From IMG/VR virus record IMGVR_UViG_2675903370_000001, positions 466 through 64,465 of that record: a stretch of DNA of 64,000 bases. One strand, given 5' to 3'. The stretch comes from a virus (Duplodnaviria > Caudoviricetes). The notes beneath the pieces are model-generated. The model saw nothing but the letters and a program-made list of their open reading frames with translations. It searched no databases and was not told the DNA's origin. Made by a program: the position numbers and the translations under genes. Position 1 is the stretch's first letter. Each line of letters begins with the position of its first letter. Positions 58,001-64,000 of the stretch are shown one piece after another.

Positions 58001-58588
58001 GATCTGCGTGAGGTAGTCAGCACCAACCAGGCATCTACCGCAAGCTCGCTTCAACAGCTTTCGGCCTCGGTCGCATCTGCAAATAATGCCGCTGCCCAGA
58101 ACACAGCAGCGATTCAGCAAACCGCTACCGCTTATGCGGACACTGCAGGGAAGCTGAGCACGATGTGGTCTGTGAAAATGCAGGTCACGCAGGACGGACG
58201 TTATGTGGCGGCGGGCTTCGGTTTTGGTATTGAGAACACCGAGGCAGGTCTGCAAAGCCAGTTCTTGGTGAGCGCTGATCGATTTGCCATCGTTAACTCA
58301 ATGGCGGGCGGGGCTATATCGACACCTTTCGTTGCTCAGAACGGCCAGCTGTTCCTCGGCCCTACGTTCATCATGGACGGGACGATCACCAACGCCAAGA
58401 TAGGCAGTTTCATAAGCTCGACTGACTATGTGGCCGGGCAGCGAGGTTGGATCTTGCGCAAGGATGGGACGCTCGAGATCAACGGATCAGGCGCTGGAGG
58501 CGGCAGGCTGGTGGTAACCAATCGATCAGTCCGGGTCTACGACACCAACAACGTCAAACGCGTGCAGTTGGGAGACCTCAGCGAATGA
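55004..58588 (+). CDS. Tail tip/host specificity protein J-like
   Basis: GEGE, LRYPNTA, WTNNPAW, SQFLVSADRFA, ITNAKI. Confidence 0.93.
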   Translation: MGAALKIDIHGEKGGSSSPKSPTEASDSLRSTNLAKLLIAVGEGEFEGTPTAADIYLDNTPINDASGNVNFQNVKWEWRTGSVDQSYIPGIPSIDNETTVNVELRNDSPWVRSITNTQLSAVRVRLAWPALQKQDDNGVGGYRIEYAIDVATDGGSYKEALLEAVDGKTTTRYERSRRIDLPTATSGWQIRVRRLTANQNTNKIADTMLVAGLTEVIDAKLRYPNTALLYIEFDAEQFTNIPAVTVKCKARKWQVPSNYDPFNRTYSGVWDGSMKEAWTNNPAWVTYGVCTQDRFGLGKRIKPWMVDKWELYRIAQYCDQDVPNGVGGVEPRFLCDMNLQGKANAWSLLRDISGIYRGMTYWAQGQLVAQADMPRSQDFDYIFTRANVIDGKFTYGSASAKTRYTRAIVGYDNPDNNYDTDVITFADPVLQRRFGDKPTELTAIGCTRASEGQRRGKWVVMSNNQDRTVSFSTGMEGAIPLPGYIIPVADSLLAGREIGGRISGAAGRVVTLDRDTLAKAGDRLIVNLPSGQAEGRTVQSVAGREITVTVAYSETPTTQLQWALDADDLAIPLYRVLSVKRSAGGEYAITALQYEPSKFSYIDTGARLEERPISVIPITVVASPASVSLASTTAIAQGLAVTTMTISWPAVAGAVAYDVEWRKDSGNWIKVQRTGSTSVDITGIYAGAYLARVRAVSAYDISSSWRNSILAQLKGKEGLPPAVTSLTAASLIFGINLKWTFPPGAEDTQRTEIWYSQTTDLAKATKLSDLAYPQSEHVMQGLLAGVTFFFWARLVDRTGNVGPWYPTGAGVMGQTSNDAGAILEMIAGQITETELGQKLLQKIELIEQLQDQINALDGLKAYDPYETYEKGQMVVDDGRIYQAEKAVPKGTPPPNAAYWDDVGTLLETANGLAAQVQTHTTEINELNGVVTAQASNMQALRAAYREDDGEGALADALKGYNSAASIVQEAVTRAAQNEATARTITQLTATVSANTSQVTDLREVVSTNQASTASSLQQLSASVASANNAAAQNTAAIQQTATAYADTAGKLSTMWSVKMQVTQDGRYVAAGFGFGIENTEAGLQSQFLVSADRFAIVNSMAGGAISTPFVAQNGQLFLGPTFIMDGTITNAKIGSFISSTDYVAGQRGWILRKDGTLEINGSGAGGGRLVVTNRSVRVYDTNNVKRVQLGDLSE

Positions 58589-58905
58589 GCAATGGCATGA
58601 GTGTGTGGGGCGCAGATGCAGCGCTCCAGTTGGACGAGAATTCGTTCACGATCCGGGTTGTGCTGTCGACGCTTGTCACGTTCTCCGGCTCCACAAAGAC
58701 CAGCCAAGACTTCGCGGTGCCTGGAGTGGGGCCGGGGAACGGAGTGGCAATGGTGATTCCGGCCGGCACCTACGACAGCAATCAACGGCAGCATGAAACA
58801 GAACTCGTTGACGGTGTCGCTAGGGTTTACAACCACACCAGAACTTATGGATCAAGCACGGTTTCCTCGGGAACTATGCGCCTGATCGTTATGAGGTTTT
58901 CATAA
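58585..58905 (+). CDS. Tail-associated hypothetical protein
   Basis: ATGA overlap with J-like gene. Confidence 0.75.
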   Translation: MSNGMSVWGADAALQLDENSFTIRVVLSTLVTFSGSTKTSQDFAVPGVGPGNGVAMVIPAGTYDSNQRQHETELVDGVARVYNHTRTYGSSTVSSGTMRLIVMRFS

Positions 58906-59591
58906 TGGCGGAAGCATACGGCCTAGAGTTTTCTAACAACAGTAACGTGGTAGTTCTTGACTCGCAATATGCGCGTCTGATGGTTATTGCTTCGGGACGT
59001 TTTCAGCCCACCGAGGAAAGTGGGCTTGGCTCGACCACGTATTTTCCTAGGCCAGTGACATCTCAAGAGCCGCCGTTGGTATTTGTTAGGCCTGATACTG
59101 TGAATGCAGTTGCAGGTCTTTGTATGATGCGTCTTGTGGGATCAACTGGTAATTGGACAGGGTTCTACGTCCGAGCGTATGACGTGAATACCGCGCAACC
59201 CAATGGGCGGTATTTTGTCGCGCAGTTTGCGGCGCAGCCGGTGGCGGATTACGGCATGCGTCTATGGGATGGCGCGACAAATCTGCTATTTGATTCTGGA
59301 ACGCCGAGCGCAAACTTTACCCGCGCGTTTCAGAACTGGAATTATGAGCGGTACGATTATTCTTCGCAGAACTTTGTTCGCTGCTATTACTCAGTACCGT
59401 TCAATTTTCCTGAGAACGAGTATCTATTGATTAACTCGTTTGGGATGGGGTTGAACTCGGGTAGTGCTATATCAAGGGCGCTGTATTGCTGGTGGGACTT
59501 TCCGAACAGCAAACTTTACGCGATCACCATTGCAGCGGCCAATCCAACAGCATTCTTTCTGCCAGCAGTCTTTGCAAAGATGAACGTCTGA
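58905..59591 (+). CDS. Tail-associated hypothetical protein
   Basis: YGL...LDS and YGMRLWD..LLFDS repeats. Confidence 0.75.
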   Translation: MAEAYGLEFSNNSNVVVLDSQYARLMVIASGRFQPTEESGLGSTTYFPRPVTSQEPPLVFVRPDTVNAVAGLCMMRLVGSTGNWTGFYVRAYDVNTAQPNGRYFVAQFAAQPVADYGMRLWDGATNLLFDSGTPSANFTRAFQNWNYERYDYSSQNFVRCYYSVPFNFPENEYLLINSFGMGLNSGSAISRALYCWWDFPNSKLYAITIAAANPTAFFLPAVFAKMNV

Positions 59592-59616
59592 CACATCAAC
59601 TGATTGAGTAAACATC

Positions 59617-60720
59617 ATGCCTTGGTACAAGTCGGGTACGGTTTCCGTCACCCAAAATTCGAATGCGGTCATTGGCACCAATACCGCTTTCATCGCAAAC
59701 AGCAGGGTAGGCGACGGCTTTCGCGGGCCAGATGGCGGCTGGTATGAGGTGACCAACATCGCCAGCAATACCGCGATGTCGATCGCGCCGAACTATCAGG
59801 GAGTCACAAACAACGCGGGCGGGTACGCGCTTGCTCCGATGCAGGGCTACGTCAAGGATTCTGCTGACGCACTCCGGGCGTTGGTCAATCAGTTCGGCTC
59901 TACCCTTGCGGTGTTGGGCACTTCTGGTACGCGCGAAGGTGTGCGCGCAGCACTTGCTGCTGCCGCCAGCGGGAACAACAGCGACATCCTCTCCCTGTCG
60001 GGTCTGACAACGGCGCTGACGATTGAGCAGGGTGGGACCGGCAAGAAGAGTGCTGGCGAAGCCATCCAGGCACTGGGCGGTGTGCGCTTGGGGGCGGCTA
60101 ATTCTTCCGTTGGGACAAGTCTTTATTCGGGAGCTCCGCCCGGCATAGCCTCAATAGGCCCCACTAACAATAACGGTAACACGGCGCTACGAATAGGTAA
60201 TGGCAACAACAATAGCGCATCCGCGGTAATGACATTTATTCGAGATGGGGCGTTTGGTCTTCACCTTGGAATTGACACCGACAACAAATTCAAGGTCGGT
60301 GGGTTTTCAATGGGTGAAGTAGCACGGACCTTATACCACGAGGGTAACGCAGTAGGGACCGTTTCACAGTCGGGAGGCATGCCCACCGGGGCGATAATAG
60401 AAACTGGAAATTTGAATGGGGGGACGTTCACGAAGTATTTGGACGGCACGATGATTTGCCGAGGGATATCGCCAGCCCCAGTGGCGGCTAGCCAGGGCGG
60501 TGGACCGATCTTCTACTCAGGCGGCGTTTCTTTCGTATTTCCTGCGCCATTTGCTGCTGTTCCGGCAGTGACGATGCAGGCCATGACCTCTAATGGTTAC
60601 TTTTGTTGGGGGGCATCCGATGGTAGTGCCACTACTACGGGCATCATCGGTCGAGTTGTTTCCCCGTCGAGTACCGCTTCTTCGTACCTTTGTTATATAG
60701 CCGTTGGCAGGTGGTTTTAA
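59617..60720 (+). CDS. Tail fibre protein
   Basis: WYKSGTVSV anchor; EQGGTG; KYLDGTMIC; YIAVGRW. Confidence 0.85.
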   Translation: MPWYKSGTVSVTQNSNAVIGTNTAFIANSRVGDGFRGPDGGWYEVTNIASNTAMSIAPNYQGVTNNAGGYALAPMQGYVKDSADALRALVNQFGSTLAVLGTSGTREGVRAALAAAASGNNSDILSLSGLTTALTIEQGGTGKKSAGEAIQALGGVRLGAANSSVGTSLYSGAPPGIASIGPTNNNGNTALRIGNGNNNSASAVMTFIRDGAFGLHLGIDTDNKFKVGGFSMGEVARTLYHEGNAVGTVSQSGGMPTGAIIETGNLNGGTFTKYLDGTMICRGISPAPVAASQGGGPIFYSGGVSFVFPAPFAAVPAVTMQAMTSNGYFCWGASDGSATTTGIIGRVVSPSSTASSYLCYIAVGRWF

Positions 60721-61034
60721 TGATTATCAAAATAGCTCCCCAGCGACGGGATGATGCATTTGTTGTAGAAAAAAACGGCATGGTATTGAAGGTTAATGGA
60801 GATACTTTCGACTTTTCGCCAATGCAAGAAGGGGGTACGTTGCCGAAGTCCGCCATTGCATGTGAATGGATATGGGATGACGTTAATTTTGAGGGCGGAC
60901 AACTTGTCGTATGCCTGATTTTACCTGTTCCCGCAAACTACAGCCCCGAGCAAGCTTACCCCGCGGACCTAACTGATGTGCCTGACGGTATCGTCCAGTT
61001 TCCGAAAGCTCTCCCTCTGATCGAAACGGTTTAA
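60720..61034 (+). CDS. Tail-fibre-associated protein
   Basis: PQRRDD, NG..FDFS...EG.TLP..AI. Confidence 0.75.
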   Translation: MIIKIAPQRRDDAFVVEKNGMVLKVNGDTFDFSPMQEGGTLPKSAIACEWIWDDVNFEGGQLVVCLILPVPANYSPEQAYPADLTDVPDGIVQFPKALPLIETV

Positions 61035-61047
61035 AGGACCTGAACAT

Positions 61048-61416
61048 ATGTCCAACATTGACTGGTCGCAATTAATTACCAAAGAAATGAAAGACGCAGT
61101 TACTGAAGCTCGATCCCTTGCCAAGGCGAAGAGCGATTTGCTCGAGCGGAGCAGTGCTGCAGCTCAACAGATCGCCCGCATTCAGGACCGCATTGAAACC
61201 CTGGGCTATGGAATTGAGGCCGGAGATGCTACCGAAGAGGAAGAGACGGAAGCGGCTGCACTCGCGCCCATTCTCAAGGCTTGGAAGGCTTACAAGTTTG
61301 CCCTGGGAAAGGTAACCGCCCAACCTACCTGGCATCAGGCCCCGGTCTGGCCGGTCGCGCCTGCTATTCCAGAGATCGCCGCCGCACCGATGCTTGTGGA
61401 AGAATCACTGGCCTGA
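61048..61416 (+). CDS. Tail fibre assembly chaperone
   Basis: NIDWSQLIT, AWKAY, WP.AP. Confidence 0.8.
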   Translation: MSNIDWSQLITKEMKDAVTEARSLAKAKSDLLERSSAAAQQIARIQDRIETLGYGIEAGDATEEEETEAAALAPILKAWKAYKFALGKVTAQPTWHQAPVWPVAPAIPEIAAAPMLVEESLA

Positions 61417-61476
61417 CGTACACCTGCCACCGAACCCCGCCATCGAGCGGGTATTTTTTTGCCTGGAGAAAACCGA

Positions 61477-62010
61477 ATGTCCATCACCGCGCAGCAGTTG
61501 CTGCAGATCCTCCCAAACGCCGGCCAGAGAGCCGGCGTTTTTGCACCTGTCCTCAATACGGCGATGAGCAAGTACCAGATCGTGACCCCGCTGCGCATCG
61601 CGGCGTTCATCGCCCAGGTCGGCCATGAGTCCGGTCAGCTGCGTTATGTCCGCGAGATTTGGGGGCCGACTCCGCAGCAGTTAGGGTACGAGGGGCGCAA
61701 AGACCTGGGCAATACCGTGCCGGGCGATGGTTCCAAATACCGTGGGCGCGGCCTGATCCAGATCACTGGGCGGGCGAACTATGCCGAGTGCGCCGAAGCG
61801 CTGGGCCTGGATCTGATCAACCATCCCGAATTGCTCGAGCTGGCGCAGCACGCCGCGATGTCGGCGGCGTGGTTCTGGCACCGGGCCGCGCTCAACACGC
61901 TGGCCGACAAGGGCGAGTTCGTGACCATCACCAAGCGCATCAACGGCGGCACGAACGGCCTGGCTGATCGGCAGGCGCTTTATGCGCGGGCGCTTGAGGT
62001 GCTGGCGTGA
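61477..62010 (+). CDS. Endolysin, glycoside hydrolase family 19
   Basis: FIAQVGHES, YRGRGLIQITGRANY, INGG.NG. Confidence 0.93.
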   Translation: MSITAQQLLQILPNAGQRAGVFAPVLNTAMSKYQIVTPLRIAAFIAQVGHESGQLRYVREIWGPTPQQLGYEGRKDLGNTVPGDGSKYRGRGLIQITGRANYAECAEALGLDLINHPELLELAQHAAMSAAWFWHRAALNTLADKGEFVTITKRINGGTNGLADRQALYARALEVLA

Positions 62011-62534
62011 AGGCCCTGCCGTGGAAGGCAGTCGGCCTGCTGCTGGTCCTGCTGGCGCTGGCCGGTGCGTTGTACGGGGCATACCGGCACGGCGTGACCG
62101 TCACTGATCTGGCCTGGAAGGCGAAGTGGGCCGAGGAAGTCAGCATTCAAACCGAAACGGTGGCCACCACTACCACCGAATATCGAACCGAAGAGCAACG
62201 CCGCCAGAAAGCGGCCAACCAGGTGGCAAACGATGCAAGACAAGAACAGACCGCTGCGCTTACTGATGCTGCTGTCGCTGACGCTGCTGGCGACCGGCTG
62301 CGTGTCGAAGCCGGAAAGCTGGCAGCCACCACCAGTTGCGCCCCCGGCAATACCGGCGCTGCCGAGCGAGGCAAGGCAGCCAGCCGCGCCGCCATGGTGC
62401 TCTCCGAGCTGCTCAGCAGGTCTGACGCGCGAGCGGGAGAGCTCGCTAAATACGCTGACTCAGCCCGAATAGCCGGCCTAGCGTGTAACCGCTTTGTTGA
62501 TGCGCTCCCAAAGCCCCTGATTACCTCCGAGTAA
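62007..62534 (+). CDS. Rz: Inner-membrane spanin (Rz-like, DUF2514)
   Basis: N-terminal TM helix, coiled coil, AG.AC; follows endolysin. Confidence 0.85.
   Translation: MKALPWKAVGLLLVLLALAGALYGAYRHGVTVTDLAWKAKWAEEVSIQTETVATTTTEYRTEEQRRQKAANQVANDARQEQTAALTDAAVADAAGDRLRVEAGKLAATTSCAPGNTGAAERGKAASRAAMVLSELLSRSDARAGELAKYADSARIAGLACNRFVDALPKPLITSE
62233..62472 (+). CDS. Rz1: Embedded outer-membrane spanin lipoprotein (Rz1-like)
   Basis: +1 frame within Rz; lipobox LATGC, proline-rich, C..C. Confidence 0.75.
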   Translation: MQDKNRPLRLLMLLSLTLLATGCVSKPESWQPPPVAPPAIPALPSEARQPAAPPWCSPSCSAGLTRERESSLNTLTQPE

Positions 62535-62546
62535 CAGAACAATAAA

Positions 62547-62759
62547 ATGGCAAATACCCAGCTGATTCAAAAATACATGGGCCAGACGATGCTGATCGTC
62601 AAGGCGAACGGCGGCAGCGTGACCGTCGAAAAGCAGGCCGGCGGTAGCTGGGTGGTGACTGACACCTTCACCAAAGACGGCGGCTACCTGCTGCAGCTCG
62701 GCAATTCTTCGACGCGCATTACACCCAATGCTGGCGCTGTCTTCGAGGTGACGCGATGA
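62547..62759 (+). CDS. Small beta-rich protein coupled to SGNH gene
   Basis: ATGA overlap at 62756-62759. Confidence 0.75.
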   Translation: MANTQLIQKYMGQTMLIVKANGGSVTVEKQAGGSWVVTDTFTKDGGYLLQLGNSSTRITPNAGAVFEVTR

Positions 62760-64000
62760 GCCTTCTGGTCAACCCGATCCCACGTCGCCAACCGATCCGG
62801 CGTGGCCTGGGTCTGCTCGGCGATAGCTTCTCGGGCAACTGCCATACCATCGCCGCGACGGCATTCGGCACCGAGGCCTACGGCTATGCGGCCTGGATCG
62901 CGGCGCGCACCGGGCTGTTTCCCAGCTACGTCGACAACCAGGGCAAGCTCGGCGACCACACCGGGCAGTTCCTGGCCAGACTTCCGGCCTGCATTGCGTC
63001 GTCCACTGCAGACGTGTGGCTGTTGCTGTCGCGGACCAACGACAGCACCACGGCAGGTATGAGCCTGGCCGACACGAAAGCCAACGTGATGAAGATCGTC
63101 ACCGCGTTCCTGAATACGCCGGGCAAGTACCTGATCGTCGGTACCGGTACGCCGCGCTTCGGCGGCAGGGCGCTGACCGGACAGGCGCTGGCCGATGCGA
63201 TCGCCTACAAAGACTGGGTGCTGAGCTATGTCAGCCAGTTCGTACCGGTCGTGAACATCTGGGACGGCTTCACCGAGGCAATGACCGTTGAAGGCCTGCA
63301 CCCGAATCTCCTGGGTGCCGAGTTCATCAGTTCGCGTGTGGTGCCGATCATCACCGCCAACTTCGAGTTTCCCGGAATCCCGCTGCCCACGGACTCTGGC
63401 GACGTTTACTCGGCCATCCGCCCGTTCGGCTGCCTCAATGCCAACCCGCTGCTGGCGGGTACTGGCGGCACGCTACCGGCTGGCGTGAACGCTGTGGCCG
63501 GGTCTGTGCTGGCGGACGGCTACAAGGCCGTTGGCTCTGGCCTGACCGGTATCACCACGCGCTGGTTCAAGGAGCCAGCCGCCTATGGCGAGGCGCAGTG
63601 CATCGAGCTGCGTGGCAACTTGGCGGCGGCGGGCGGCTACATCTACATGCAACCCACGGCCAACGTGGTACAGACCAACCTGGCGGCCGGTGACGTTATC
63701 GAAATGGTGTCGGCGGTAGATATCGTCGGGTCGTCGCGCGGCATATTGGCCTGGGAGGCTGAGCTGACCATTATCAAGACGGTCAATGGCGCATCGTCCA
63801 CGTTCTACTATCGGTCGATGGACAAGTACCAAGAGCCGTTTACCTTGCCGGCCAGCTTTTCTGGGGAGTTGGAAACGCAGCGCGGCACGATTGACCTGAC
63901 TGAAAGCGTGATCACCTCGCGCATGGGCCTGTACTTGGCTGCAGGTGTACCGCAGAACTCAACAGTCAAGGCAGCGCAGTTCGGGATTCGCAAGGTTTAA
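62756..64000 (+). CDS. SGNH/GDSL hydrolase with C-terminal beta-rich domain
   Basis: LLGDS (block I), RTND (III), EGLHPN (V). Confidence 0.82.
   Translation: MSLLVNPIPRRQPIRRGLGLLGDSFSGNCHTIAATAFGTEAYGYAAWIAARTGLFPSYVDNQGKLGDHTGQFLARLPACIASSTADVWLLLSRTNDSTTAGMSLADTKANVMKIVTAFLNTPGKYLIVGTGTPRFGGRALTGQALADAIAYKDWVLSYVSQFVPVVNIWDGFTEAMTVEGLHPNLLGAEFISSRVVPIITANFEFPGIPLPTDSGDVYSAIRPFGCLNANPLLAGTGGTLPAGVNAVAGSVLADGYKAVGSGLTGITTRWFKEPAAYGEAQCIELRGNLAAAGGYIYMQPTANVVQTNLAAGDVIEMVSAVDIVGSSRGILAWEAELTIIKTVNGASSTFYYRSMDKYQEPFTLPASFSGELETQRGTIDLTESVITSRMGLYLAAGVPQNSTVKAAQFGIRKV

Larger units (their letters stand above)
11251..64000. mobile_element. Apparently intact lambdoid siphovirus prophage, continues beyond window
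   Basis: Ordered modules int-xis, recombination, immunity, replication, nin/Q, packaging, head, tail, lysis. Confidence 0.95.

Overview
Pseudomonas DNA (most like the P. syringae group; inference from gene content), almost entirely temperate-phage derived. Two related lambdoid prophages sit in tandem, joined at a 57-bp 3' half of tRNA-Leu(TAA) at 11251-11307. The left element (1-~11250) is a decayed remnant: a deletion equivalent to ~41 kb fused its exonuclease gene to its terminal SGNH gene, and several core genes are pseudogenes while counter-oriented cargo genes remain open. The right element (11251 to beyond 64000) looks like a near-complete siphovirus prophage: int/xis, C5 methyltransferase, exo/recT, cI/cro/cII with readable operators, O-like gene with 5 iterons, ninB/ninG/Q, terminase, head, tail with a GGGAAAC frameshift, GH19 endolysin, Rz/Rz1 and an SGNH hydrolase. 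Main candidates for new biology: (i) a non-coding scaffold present twice (18481-18656, 25137-25351) whose conserved 17-bp stem encloses unrelated structured inserts, one with a tRNA-Thr-like anticodon arm, downstream of an rrn-type boxA; (ii) a HipA-like kinase plus partner in the rexAB position behind cI; (iii) a complete chemoreceptor gene inside the early operon; (iv) an array of defence-like cargo genes bounded by repeated linkers. All family assignments come from recognising motifs by eye; no searches were run.
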